Part shown: piece after piece, positions 22,495-33,319 of the stretch
Layout of the letters: every line of letters starts with the position of its first letter
Position numbering within the stretch: position 1 is the first letter of the stretch
Assembly (NCBI GenBank): GCA_964368185.1
Contig: CAYJAA010000001.1
Span: 13,959 to 67,924 of the forward strand
DNA: 53,966 nucleotides
Reading direction: 5' to 3'
From: an uncultured Lachnospiraceae bacterium
GTDB taxonomy: Bacteria; Bacillota; Clostridia; Eubacteriales; Anaerofustaceae
Translations under genes and position numbers: made by a program
Notes under the pieces: model-generated
Told to the model about the DNA's origin: nothing
What the model saw: only the letters and a program-made list of their open reading frames with translations
The model's database searches: none

Positions 22495-24132
22495 TTACTC
22501 CACACTAACAATGTAGTAATACAAAGGCTGTCCTCCAAAGTTTAGTTCTACATCTAAATCTTCATATTTTTCTTCTATTGCTAAAGCTAATTTTTTTGCT
22601 TCACTTTCTTTAACATCTTCCCCAAAATAAAGACTGATGATTTCACTGTCTTCATCTACCATGCTATCAACTAAGTCAAGGGCTACCCTATCAATCTCGC
22701 TACCATTTACTACGATATCAGAGCCTAATATACCAAGGATGTCCCCTTCGCTAATTACTTTGTCTTTGATACTAGTATCTCTTACTGCAAAAGTAACTTG
22801 CCCTGTTTTTACGAAAGAAATAGCTTCATTCATCTCTTCACTATTTTCTTTTAAGTCTGAGCCTTCATCAAAAACCATCATAGCGCTTATCGCTTCAGGA
22901 ATAGTTCTTGTTGGAATAACTTCAATATTTTTATCACTCATATCTTTAGCTTGCGTAGCAGCTAAAATGATATTTTTATTGTTAGGCATTAAAATATAGT
23001 TTTTAGCGTTAGTTGCATCAATGATTTCCATAAAATCTTGAGTTGATGGGTTCATAGTTTGACCCCCCTCAATCACATAAGTAACTCCTAAGTCTTTTAG
23101 TATTTTACTCATGCCACTTCCTGCTGCAACCCCTATAAATACATATTCTACTTCTTCTTTACTATATTTCTCTTCTTTTTTTGCTTCCATGCTTACAAGA
23201 GTTTCGCTGTGTTGCTCTTTCATATTCTCAATTTTAATCTTGCAAAGCTCCCCACAAGCAGCAGCTATTTTCATAGCCACCCAAGGCACATTTGTGTGAA
23301 CATGAATTTTTACAATTGCTTCATCTCCAACAACAAGTAAGCTATCTCCTAAAGGAGTTAACTTATCTTTAATAGCTCCTTTTATAGCGTTACTATATCT
23401 TTCATTTTCTTTTTTAATTCTAACTAAAAATTCAGTGCAATATGCAAATGTAATGTCTTCAATATTCATAGTAACAGGATTTATGATTTCATCTTGTTTA
23501 TCTTCATAAATAGCAACAACTTCTTCACCTTTTAGGATTTTTAAAGCTCCTTCAAATAAACAAAGTAGACCTTTACCCCCTGCATCTACTACCCCTGCTT
23601 CTTTTAAAACAGGTAGCATATCTGGAGTTTTATCTAAAGCAATTTCTCCTGCTTTTAATATGTCTTCCATAAAAAGAACTAACTCTTCATATTTTTGAAA
23701 GTTATCCATAGCAAATTCTGACATCATTCTAGCTACTGTAAGAATTGTTCCCTCAGTTGGTTTCATAACAGCTCTGTAAGCCATAGTTGAAGCTTCTTTA
23801 ATGGCTAAAGCAAAAACCTCTGGTGTTATATCTTCTTTATTTTGTAGTCCTTTTGCAAAACCTCTAAATAATTGAGATAAAATAACTCCTGAGTTTCCTC
23901 TAGCACCCATAAGGGCACCATTAGAGCAGGCACTAGAAAGTTCTGTTGTGCCTCCATTAATCTTATTTACTTCTTCCACTGCTGATTTTACTGTTAATGC
24001 CATATTTGTACCCGTATCTCCGTCTGGAACAGGGAACACATTTAAGTTATTTACTATTTGTTTATTGTTTTCTAAATTAGAGTAAGCTCCAATTATTGCT
24101 TTTTTAAACTTACTATTTTCTATTTCTACCAT
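22495..24132 (-). CDS. DAK2-domain fusion protein (YloV family)
   Basis: VFPVPDGDTGTNM is the Dak phosphatase motif, plus a long C-terminal DegV-like half. Sits in the conserved asp23-yloV-recG order. Confidence 0.9.
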   Translation of the reverse strand: MVEIENSKFKKAIIGAYSNLENNKQIVNNLNVFPVPDGDTGTNMALTVKSAVEEVNKINGGTTELSSACSNGALMGARGNSGVILSQLFRGFAKGLQNKEDITPEVFALAIKEASTMAYRAVMKPTEGTILTVARMMSEFAMDNFQKYEELVLFMEDILKAGEIALDKTPDMLPVLKEAGVVDAGGKGLLCLFEGALKILKGEEVVAIYEDKQDEIINPVTMNIEDITFAYCTEFLVRIKKENERYSNAIKGAIKDKLTPLGDSLLVVGDEAIVKIHVHTNVPWVAMKIAAACGELCKIKIENMKEQHSETLVSMEAKKEEKYSKEEVEYVFIGVAAGSGMSKILKDLGVTYVIEGGQTMNPSTQDFMEIIDATNAKNYILMPNNKNIILAATQAKDMSDKNIEVIPTRTIPEAISAMMVFDEGSDLKENSEEMNEAISFVKTGQVTFAVRDTSIKDKVISEGDILGILGSDIVVNGSEIDRVALDLVDSMVDEDSEIISLYFGEDVKESEAKKLALAIEEKYEDLDVELNFGGQPLYYYIVSVE

Positions 24133-24156
24133 TTTCTTGCCTTTCCTAATCCTATA

Positions 24157-24507
24157 CTATGTTCTTACACTTACTACATGAACATTTATTTTTTTGATTT
24201 TTAAATTTGTTTCTTTTTCAATTTTATATTTTACTGTATCAACTAAATTATCAGCTACTACTTCCATTTTAATCCCAAACTCTACTATTACATATAAATC
24301 AATAGTTAAAATTCCATCTTCATTTAAAACTTTAACACCTTTTCTAAGGTTTTCTCTTTTTAATAATTCGATAAAACCTGTAATTGTATTTTTACTTGCG
24401 ATTCCCACAATCCCAAAACATTCACTGGCGCAAACTCCAACCATTTGCTCTAATACGTCGTTTGAGACTTCTATAATAGAAGTATTCTTTTTTACATCTA
24501 AACTCAT
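24157..24507 (-). CDS. Asp23/Gls24-family envelope stress protein
   Basis: 116 aa. The ECFGIVG...V.V.....I.L.V pattern and its position upstream of yloV fit this family. Confidence 0.85.
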   Translation of the reverse strand: MSLDVKKNTSIIEVSNDVLEQMVGVCASECFGIVGIASKNTITGFIELLKRENLRKGVKVLNEDGILTIDLYVIVEFGIKMEVVADNLVDTVKYKIEKETNLKIKKINVHVVSVRT

Positions 24508-24650
24508 ATCTACACCTTCCTCCTATAACAAACTTTTGCTATAAATATTAAGATTACAAAATATTATACCATATTTTTTTGTTTTTAATAGCAATTCTAT
24601 AGAAATAATAAGAATTATTCATAAAGAATTCTATTTTTTTATGATATATA

Positions 24651-24679
24651 TTTACAAAACAACTTCTTTCATTTATGAT
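24651..24679 (+). promoter_or_regulatory. Candidate sigma-A promoter of guaB (TTTACA-17-TATGAT)
   Basis: TTTACA at 24651..24656, a 17 nt spacer, then TATGAT at 24674..24679. Confidence 0.45.
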
Positions 24680-24725
24680 ATATTTTAAAATATATAGACT
24701 ACAAATTTTTAGGAGGTAAATTTAA

Positions 24726-26186
<1,461 letters not shown>

Positions 26187-26197
26187 GGAGGCTTTTT

Positions 26198-27730
26198 GTG
26201 GAAAAAGAAACAATAATAGTTTTAGATTTTGGTGGACAATATAACCAACTTATAGCAAGAAGAGTAAGGGATGAGAATGTATACTGCGAAATCTTACCTT
26301 ATGACACAGATATAAATAGATTAAAAGAAAAAAATCCTAAAGGAATTATCTTTACAGGAGGCCCCTCTAGTGTAAATGGAGAAAACTCTCCTTTTTGCTC
26401 TATGGAGGTTTTTGACCTTGGAATTCCTATTCTTGGGATATGTTATGGAATGCAACTAACTGCTAAAATGTTAGGAGGAGAAGTTGCTCCTTGTGAAAAA
26501 AGCGAATATGGAAAAGTTGAATTTACATATAATGAAAGTCCTTTATTTAAAGGAATAAACAAGGAAAGCTTTAATTCTTGGATGAGTCATACTGACCAAG
26601 TTTCTAAGGCTCCAAGTGGCTTTACTATAGACGGATACACCTCTACTTGCCCTGTAGCAAGTATGAGTAGCAAGGAAAAAAATATTTATGGTGTACAGTT
26701 TCACCCAGAGGTAACCCACTGTGAATATGGACAAGAAGTTCTTCACAACTTTTTATTTGAGGTTTGTAAGGTTAGTGGCTCTTGGTCAATGAAAAATTTT
26801 ACAAATATTCAAATTGAAAAAATAAAAAAAGAAGTTGGAGACAAAAAAGTTTTATGCGCCTTAAGTGGAGGAGTTGACTCTTCTGTTGCGGCTGTTTTAG
26901 TCCATAAAGCTATTGGGGACAACTTAACTTGTATCTTTGTAGATCACGGCCTTCTTAGAAAAGGGGAAGGTGACTATGTAGAAAAAACTTTTAAAGAAAA
27001 GTTTAATATGAATTTTATTAGGGTTAATGCCAGTGATAGATTTTTCTCTGCCCTTAAAGGGGTAAGTGATCCTGAGAAAAAAAGAAAAATTATTGGAAAT
27101 GAATTTATTAATGTTTTTGATGAAGAATCTAATAAGCTAGAAGATATTTCATACCTACTTCAAGGGACAATTTATCCTGATGTTATTGAAAGTGGAACAA
27201 AAGATGCGGCAGTTATTAAAAGTCACCACAATGTTGGAGGCCTGCCTGAGGATATGAAACTTGACTTAATCGAGCCTTTAAGAGAGCTTTTTAAAGATGA
27301 GGTTAGAAAAGTTGGTAGAGAGCTTGGTATTCCTAGTGAAATTGTTGAGCGTCAACCTTTCCCAGGCCCTGGTCTTGGAATACGAGTAATTGGAGAAGTT
27401 ACAAAAGAAAAAGTGGAAATCCTTCAAAATGCTGATCATATATTTACTAGTGCAATTGATAATATCAATGAAGATGGTAGCGTTTGGCAATACTTCGCAG
27501 TTCTTCCAGGAAATAGAACTGTTGGGGTTATGGGAGATGAGCGAACTTATGACTATACCATAGGCCTAAGGGCTGTGAGTAGTGTGGACGGAATGAGCGC
27601 CGACTTCTCAAGGCTAGATATGGAATTTTTAGGAAATGTAGCAAACAAGATAATCAACGAAGTGGATCATGTAAATAGAGTGGTTTATGATATTACATCT
27701 AAGCCACCTGGGACTATTGAGTGGGAGTAA
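26198..27730 (+). CDS. guaA: GMP synthase (glutamine-hydrolysing)
   Basis: GATase Cys in ICYGMQ, the ATP-PPase P-loop SGGVDSS, and the C-terminal GTIEWE. Confidence 0.97.
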   Translation: MEKETIIVLDFGGQYNQLIARRVRDENVYCEILPYDTDINRLKEKNPKGIIFTGGPSSVNGENSPFCSMEVFDLGIPILGICYGMQLTAKMLGGEVAPCEKSEYGKVEFTYNESPLFKGINKESFNSWMSHTDQVSKAPSGFTIDGYTSTCPVASMSSKEKNIYGVQFHPEVTHCEYGQEVLHNFLFEVCKVSGSWSMKNFTNIQIEKIKKEVGDKKVLCALSGGVDSSVAAVLVHKAIGDNLTCIFVDHGLLRKGEGDYVEKTFKEKFNMNFIRVNASDRFFSALKGVSDPEKKRKIIGNEFINVFDEESNKLEDISYLLQGTIYPDVIESGTKDAAVIKSHHNVGGLPEDMKLDLIEPLRELFKDEVRKVGRELGIPSEIVERQPFPGPGLGIRVIGEVTKEKVEILQNADHIFTSAIDNINEDGSVWQYFAVLPGNRTVGVMGDERTYDYTIGLRAVSSVDGMSADFSRLDMEFLGNVANKIINEVDHVNRVVYDITSKPPGTIEWE

Positions 27731-27782
27731 GCCTTTACCTTTCTAAATCATATAGTCCATTTAAATAACTATATAAAAAGAT

Positions 27783-27826
27783 AAACAGGTAACTGATTTT
27801 TTGAAAATCTCTTACCTGTTTTTTGC
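27783..27826 (+). terminator. Rho-independent terminator after guaA
   Basis: Outer arms aaacaggtaa / ttacctgttt enclose an inner gatttt/aaaatc helix, followed by a T-tract. Confidence 0.75.
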
Positions 27827-27876
27827 GTTTATTTATAAACTGTAATTGTGAAAGACCTTAGTAGATTGGGGAGAGA

Positions 27877-28554
27877 TTAATTATTTGCCAGCAGATGTTT
27901 CAATTCAGAAATACTTATATATTTATCATTAAGTTTTCTGTGCAACATAGCATGGCAGTTAGGGCAAACAGGGATTAAGTCGGTTTCAGGATTAACAGAG
28001 TATTCCTCATTGATTTCACTTATAGCAACTATATGGTGTACATGGATAAAACCTTTTCCAATTTCACCATAAATATCTTCAAAGTTCATACCACATATAT
28101 GACAATAACAACCATAGTGATCAATGCATTTTTTTCTAGCTTCAGCACTTCGTTCATATTTATTAACGGTAACTGTTACTTTTGCACCTTCAATGCAACT
28201 ATCTGTTTGGTCAGAATCAGGAAATACCTCAGCACTTAAATTATTAAAATAATTGTCACTTAGAAATGTAAAAAACTGTGGCAATGCAGCACGGATATAA
28301 CCTTTTTCTAAATAAGATGACTGTCGTCTATCCTTTAAAAAAGTTAATAAGCTTTTGTAAAAATCACTATTTAAATCATATACGTAATCACTTATTTCTT
28401 TTATTCTATGTAGACTTTTTTCATTTATAATTGTTATCTCTAAAAATTCACAAAGATACTTAATAGCATTATGGTATGAGCGAGCTTTGCCAGATTCTAC
28501 CCCAGGAGTAGTGCAGAATATTTCGAATTCTTCTAACATAATTTTCATTTGCAT
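27877..28554 (-). CDS. HNH endonuclease with an uncharacterised N-terminal domain (restriction-like)
   Basis: The C-terminal CxxC...HVHHI....N......DLIPVCPNCHAMLH is a classical HNH/His-Me finger. The start could be the ATG at 28554 or at 28548. Confidence 0.8.
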   Translation of the reverse strand: MQMKIMLEEFEIFCTTPGVESGKARSYHNAIKYLCEFLEITIINEKSLHRIKEISDYVYDLNSDFYKSLLTFLKDRRQSSYLEKGYIRAALPQFFTFLSDNYFNNLSAEVFPDSDQTDSCIEGAKVTVTVNKYERSAEARKKCIDHYGCYCHICGMNFEDIYGEIGKGFIHVHHIVAISEINEEYSVNPETDLIPVCPNCHAMLHRKLNDKYISISELKHLLANN

Positions 28555-28557
28555 TAC

Positions 28558-28695
28558 CTATTCTTTCTTTAGATCATCGTTAAAAGCTGCTACCATAGCA
28601 TCACTAAATTCTTGTGATGGTATTTTAACAAAGCTATCACCAACAAGTGGTTTAGGATAGTTATATCTCCAAAAGTCGTATTCTTCCTTTGTCAT
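28558..28695 (-). CDS. Possible 45 aa acidic small protein upstream of the HNH gene
   Basis: My own translation is MTKEEYDFWRYNYPKPLVGDSFVKIPSQEFSDAMVAAFNDDLKKE. SD is GGTGGTGAA directly before the ATG. The stop lies 3 nt before the HNH ATG, and an extended -10 (TGgTATGAT, 28732..28740) lies upstream. It is below the track's length cutoff. Confidence 0.3.
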   Translation of the reverse strand: MTKEEYDFWRYNYPKPLVGDSFVKIPSQEFSDAMVAAFNDDLKKE

Positions 28696-28930
28696 TTCAC
28701 CACCAACAAACACCTACTTTTTATTTTTTCCATCATACCACAAACCCTAAAATTTTACAATTATACTATCTCCTACCGCCAAACCCCTTTTTTAAAAGAA
28801 ATATTTACATTTTAATAGTGCATCACTTAAGAAAATCAAGAAATTATAATGTTTAATTTAGTAAAGTAATGATACAGTATACTTTGCGTATAAATGAATG
28901 TTATTTTTATAGCATAACAATATTTATCTG

Positions 28931-28959
28931 TTGACAAGATTGAAATCTTATGTTAAAGT
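28931..28959 (+). promoter_or_regulatory. Candidate promoter of the type I R-M operon (TTGACA-17-TAAAGT)
   Basis: A consensus -35 at 28931..28936 and a weak -10 at 28954..28959. The spacer contains the inverted repeat aagatt-ga-aatctt. Confidence 0.35.
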
Positions 28960-29009
28960 AAATTTAAAGAAATATTTCTCGATTTGCAATGTTATTTTTT
29001 TACCACAAC

Positions 29010-29615
29010 ATGAAAGAGGTGAGCGCTATTAAATTAAGTGAATTATGTGAGATAAGGACAGGCCTTATTCTCTCAAGAAAACAAGCTAAATCTAAAACCC
29101 AGTTTTACTATAAACAACTTACCCTTAAATCTATTGAAGACACTGGATATATTGCTATAAACTTTACTGAAGATTTTTATAGCAAAGAAGAGTTAAATCA
29201 AGACTACTTAACAAAAAAAAGGGATATCATCGTTAGGCTGTCCACCCCTTATACTGCTGTTTTAATAGATGAAGATAGAGAAAACTTGGTAATCCCTACT
29301 CATTTTGCAGTTGTAAAATGCAAGAAAAAGATAATCACTCCAAAGTATTTATATTGGTTTTTAAACTCTAAAATCGTAAAAAAAGAATATCTTAAAAACA
29401 ACACTAGTAATATGATAGGAGCAATTAGACCTTTATTTATAGGAGAGCTTGAAATTAAACTACCAACAATGGACAAGCAAGAAAAAATAGGAGAATTTAA
29501 TATTCTTGCTAAAAAAGAAGAATATTTACTAACTAAATTAGAAAAAGAAAAATCTAAATATACAAGTTTCATACTTGAAAATCTTTATATGAAAGGAAAT
29601 AAAAATGACAACTAA
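29010..29615 (+). CDS. hsdS: Half-size type I specificity subunit (single target-recognition domain)
   Basis: About 200 aa: one TRD followed by a conserved helical tail (LPTMDKQEKIGEFNILAKKEEYLLTKLEKEK). It overlaps the hsdM start by 11 nt. The start is uncertain: ATG 28989, ATG 29010, or an in-frame ATT at 29028 behind AAAGAGGTG. Confidence 0.7.
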   Translation: MKEVSAIKLSELCEIRTGLILSRKQAKSKTQFYYKQLTLKSIEDTGYIAINFTEDFYSKEELNQDYLTKKRDIIVRLSTPYTAVLIDEDRENLVIPTHFAVVKCKKKIITPKYLYWFLNSKIVKKEYLKNNTSNMIGAIRPLFIGELEIKLPTMDKQEKIGEFNILAKKEEYLLTKLEKEKSKYTSFILENLYMKGNKNDN

Positions 29616-31134
29616 AACAGATATCCAAAACACTCTTTGGAAAGCTTGTGATAGCTTTCGTGGAAAAATCGACAGTTCAAGATATAAAGACTATATCCTA
29701 TCTATGCTTTTTGTAAAATACCTTAGCGATGTAAACAAAGAGAGAAAAGCTGAATATGAAAAGCAATATAATGGAGACGCCGATAGAATAAAAAGAGCTA
29801 TGAGCCGTGAGCGATTTGCCCTTGACGAAGTTTCAACTTTTGACTATTTATATGAAAATAGAGGGGACAGTGAAATAGGACAAAAAATAAACATCGCCCT
29901 TTCCCATATTGAAGAACACAACAGCGGCAAACTTCGCAATGTTTTTAGAGCTATTGACTTTAACTCTCAAGTTGATTTTGGTGAGGCTCGTGAAAAAAAT
30001 GCTGTTCTTAAAAATTTACTCTCTGATTTTTACGAGCTTGACTTAAGCCCTTCTAACCTAGATAGTAGCGATATAATCGGGGACGCTTATGAATATATGA
30101 TAGCCAACTTTGCCTCTGATGCAGGGAAAAAGGGTGGAGAATTTTTCACCCCAAGCACTGTTTCAACCCTTGTTGCAAAACTTGTTAAACCAAAGGAAAA
30201 TGACAGGATTTACGACCCGACTTGTGGGAGTGGTGGGCTACTTCTAAAGGCTTATAAAGAGGCTCCAAGCAAAAAAGTTGCCATATATGGACAGGAGAAA
30301 AATGCACAAACTTGGGCGCTATGTACTATGAATATGTTTTTACATAACATTGATGATGCAAACATTAAACAAGGGGACACCCTTGCTAACCCTCAGCATT
30401 TAGAAAATGATGAACTTATGAAATTTCAAGTAATCTGTGCTAATCCTCCTTTCTCATTCGATAAGTGGGACAGTGGGTTTTTAGGGGAAGTTACAACCGA
30501 CAGTAAGAAAAAAGCAAAAATGGAAGCAAGCCTTGACCCTTATAAAAGATTTTCTATGGGAGTTCCTCCCTCTTCTAAGGGAGACTATGCTTTTGTTTTA
30601 CACATGCTTGCTAGCTTAGATGCAAATGGTGGAAGAATGGCTGTTGTTCTTCCTCATGGGGTTCTTTTTAGAGGAGCCAGTGAGGGAAAAATTCGTAGGG
30701 AAATTATTGACATGAACTTACTAGACGCAGTTATCGGCCTACCATCTAATTTATTTTTTGGAACAGGGATTCCTGCTTGTATTTTAGTCTTTAAGAAAAA
30801 TCGCCCTAACCGTGACATACTTTTTATTGACGCAAGTGGAGAGGGAAACTTTGAAAAGGGTAAAAATCAAAATGTACTTCGCATAGAAGATATTAAAAAA
30901 ATAGTCTCTACATATGAAAGCCGTGAGACTTTAGAAAAATATAGCTATAAGGCTACACATGAAGAGATAAAAGAAAATGATTATAACCTAAATATTCCAC
31001 GATATGTGGATACTTTTGAGGAAGAAGAAATGGTGGATATTGAGGTGGTTAAGGAAAGTATTAAGAATATAGAAAAAGAGCTTAAAGAAGTGCAAGAGAA
31101 GATGAAAAAATATTTGGAGGATATGGGGGTGTAA
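29605..31134 (+). CDS. hsdM: Type I restriction-modification N6-adenine DNA methyltransferase
   Basis: The HsdM N-terminal domain (LWKACDSFRG), SAM motif DPTCGSGGLL, and catalytic NPPF. Confidence 0.95.
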   Translation: MTTKTDIQNTLWKACDSFRGKIDSSRYKDYILSMLFVKYLSDVNKERKAEYEKQYNGDADRIKRAMSRERFALDEVSTFDYLYENRGDSEIGQKINIALSHIEEHNSGKLRNVFRAIDFNSQVDFGEAREKNAVLKNLLSDFYELDLSPSNLDSSDIIGDAYEYMIANFASDAGKKGGEFFTPSTVSTLVAKLVKPKENDRIYDPTCGSGGLLLKAYKEAPSKKVAIYGQEKNAQTWALCTMNMFLHNIDDANIKQGDTLANPQHLENDELMKFQVICANPPFSFDKWDSGFLGEVTTDSKKKAKMEASLDPYKRFSMGVPPSSKGDYAFVLHMLASLDANGGRMAVVLPHGVLFRGASEGKIRREIIDMNLLDAVIGLPSNLFFGTGIPACILVFKKNRPNRDILFIDASGEGNFEKGKNQNVLRIEDIKKIVSTYESRETLEKYSYKATHEEIKENDYNLNIPRYVDTFEEEEMVDIEVVKESIKNIEKELKEVQEKMKKYLEDMGV

Positions 31135-31142
31135 ATGGTATT

Positions 31143-32123
31143 ATGTTTGAACTATATTCACAAAGGATAAAAAATCAAGAGGGTGAGTCAGAGGTTTTCA
31201 TTTATAATGAATTTTCCAGCAAGTTTAGAAATCAATTTATTTACTGCGTGAAAGATTGTTATAATAGTATGGAGGGGAAAATAGATAAAATTAATAGAAA
31301 TATTGACTTTTTTCCTGATGCATATGAAATAGGCTTTCTTTGCCTTGATAGCATGGCTGAGCTTATATATAGCATATTTAAAAGGGAAAAAGGACTAGGA
31401 GATGAAGTCGGTTCCGATTGGGATGACTTAACAAAGTACATACAAGAATGTGATAATACTGACTTTTTAGATATGATGGATTTAATAGCACATTTGATTT
31501 TTAATAAATCAAAAAATATATTTTCTGACATATTTGGCGAAAACATATTTAAAAATCACTTTAGTGGATATATAGATGATGGAATTAACCATATCAACCT
31601 TAGACTAAAAGAAAATTTACTAGGCTACGAAATAATAGATGGAAAAGTTATAGCTAAAACCAACACAGTAACCCACGAACATATTATAAAACCAGCATTA
31701 AAACTATTGATAGATGAAGATTTTCGAGGAGCTGAAGAAGAATATTTATTAGCATTTGAAAACTTTAAAAATGGCGAAAATGAAAATGCTATAATTAATG
31801 GAAATAAAGCCTTTGAAAGTGTCCTAAAGACTATTTGTGGAAAGCTAGAATATCAATACGACCCTTCAAAAGCCTCGGCTAAAAAATTACTAAACATTTT
31901 AGAGGAAAATAATTTTTTCCCAGGTTATTTAAAAAACCATTTATCATCTTTAATAAATTCTCTTGAAACTGGAGCTCCAGTGATAAGAAATAAAGTAGCA
32001 GGACATGGACAAGGGGAAAATGTCCGAAAAGTGGGAGATGAATATGTTGAATATGTTTTAAATTTAACTGCCACCAACATATTATTTCTCTACAAAATCT
32101 ATAAAGGCAAGGTGGCTAAATGA
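31143..32123 (+). CDS. Abi-like protein with a C-terminal HEPN-type motif (AbiJ / Abi_C-like), embedded between hsdM and hsdS
   Basis: The N-terminus MFELYSQRIKNQ...VFIYNEF resembles what I remember of the AbiJ-NTD4 / STM4504-type N-termini. The C-terminal PVIRNKVAGHGQG gives R282-x5-H288 (31986..32006), which fits the Rx4-6H HEPN signature. Its stop overlaps the hsdS start (ATGA). Confidence 0.6.
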   Translation: MFELYSQRIKNQEGESEVFIYNEFSSKFRNQFIYCVKDCYNSMEGKIDKINRNIDFFPDAYEIGFLCLDSMAELIYSIFKREKGLGDEVGSDWDDLTKYIQECDNTDFLDMMDLIAHLIFNKSKNIFSDIFGENIFKNHFSGYIDDGINHINLRLKENLLGYEIIDGKVIAKTNTVTHEHIIKPALKLLIDEDFRGAEEEYLLAFENFKNGENENAIINGNKAFESVLKTICGKLEYQYDPSKASAKKLLNILEENNFFPGYLKNHLSSLINSLETGAPVIRNKVAGHGQGENVRKVGDEYVEYVLNLTATNILFLYKIYKGKVAK

Positions 32124-33316
32124 ACAATGAAATAAAAGAGCGAATCACCAAAATACAAAATGGGGAAATCCCTAAGGGGTATAAAAAAACGAAAGTTGGA
32201 ATTGTGCCTAGTGAGTGGGAAGTTAAGAAGTTGGGGGAAGTTGCAAAAACTTATTCTGGTGGAACACCAAACACTAATAATAAAGAATATTATTTAGGAA
32301 CCATTCCTTTTATTCGCTCCGCTGAAATTGATAAAAAACGGACTGAATTATTCATTTCTAAACAAGGCTTAAACAGCTCATCTGCAAAAGAAGTAATTGT
32401 AGGCGACTTGTTATACGCCCTATATGGCGCTAATAGCGGAGAATGTGCTATATCCAAACAATGTGGAGCAATAAACCAAGCTGTATTATGTATCAAAAGC
32501 TCCGAAAATGTTAAATATTTATACTACTTCCTTTCAAGCAATAAAATAAAAATTATTAACACTTATTTACAAGGAGGGCAAGGCAATTTATCTGCACAAA
32601 TAATGAAAAACATCAAACTCCCTCTCCCACCCCTACCCGAACAAAACACAATAGCCGAAATACTAAGTACTGAGGATAAAGTAATTGAGCTTAAAGAAAA
32701 GCTTATCGAAAAAAAAGAAGCTCAAAAAAAATACTTAATGCAAAATCTCCTAACAGGTAAAAAAAGGCTTACAGGGTTTCGTGGGGAGTGGAATAAGGTG
32801 AGGTTGGGGGAGGTTTGTGAGATTATTAAAGGCTCTCAACTTAATAAAAATACTCTTTCAGAATATGATAAATACTATGTTCTAAATGGTGGCATTACTC
32901 CGTCAGGATATACAGACAATTGGAATGTAGAAAAAAATACTATTTCAATCAGCGAAGGTGGAAATTCATGTGGATTTGTAAATTATAATACGGAAAATTT
33001 TTGGAGTGGTGGACATTGTTACACATTGCAAGATTTAAGTATTAACATGGAAAATTTATTTTTATATTTTACTCTTAAATATAAGCAACAAACTTTAATG
33101 GAACTAAGAGTTGGGTCGGGCTTACCAAATATTCAAAAAAAATCTTTATTGAATTTCAAAGTCAACCTCCCACCCCTTGACGAACAAAAGACAATCGCTG
33201 AAATTTTATCCACTGCTAATAAAGAAATTGAACTTTTAAAAGCTGATTTAGAAAAAGAAAAAGAAAAGAAAAAAGCATTAATGCAGTTGTTGCTAACTGG
33301 GATTGTGAGGGTGTAA
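32120..33316 (+). CDS. hsdS: Full-length type I specificity subunit (two TRDs)
   Basis: Two TRDs, each followed by a conserved repeat (LPLPPLPEQNTIAEILST... and LPPLDEQKTIAEILST...). Confidence 0.93.
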   Translation: MNNEIKERITKIQNGEIPKGYKKTKVGIVPSEWEVKKLGEVAKTYSGGTPNTNNKEYYLGTIPFIRSAEIDKKRTELFISKQGLNSSSAKEVIVGDLLYALYGANSGECAISKQCGAINQAVLCIKSSENVKYLYYFLSSNKIKIINTYLQGGQGNLSAQIMKNIKLPLPPLPEQNTIAEILSTEDKVIELKEKLIEKKEAQKKYLMQNLLTGKKRLTGFRGEWNKVRLGEVCEIIKGSQLNKNTLSEYDKYYVLNGGITPSGYTDNWNVEKNTISISEGGNSCGFVNYNTENFWSGGHCYTLQDLSINMENLFLYFTLKYKQQTLMELRVGSGLPNIQKKSLLNFKVNLPPLDEQKTIAEILSTANKEIELLKADLEKEKEKKKALMQLLLTGIVRV

Positions 33317-33319
33317 AGT

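Noticed and set aside
24545-24725. Possible purine/guanine riboswitch or PurR box upstream of guaB.
   Set aside because: No purine-aptamer hallmarks (the tataat...ggatatggc...ctaccg type core). I see only AT-rich promoter-like sequence with loosely repeated gaattctat strings that I cannot assign.
27731-27876. att-like direct repeats, or an integrase remnant, bounding the defence island (compared with 42061..42337).
   Set aside because: Only trivial AT-rich matches (e.g. tttatttata) are shared. There is no tRNA, integrase or transposase ORF anywhere in the island.
32709-32731. A8 homopolymer tracts in the central conserved region of the full hsdS (32709..32716, 32724..32731) and in the half hsdS (29214..29221), considered as phase-variation switches.
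   Set aside because: A7-A8 runs encoding Lys-rich helices are common throughout this AT-rich window, and they are short for efficient slipped-strand switching. There is no evidence of length heterogeneity in a single sequence. This would only be worth revisiting with population sequencing.
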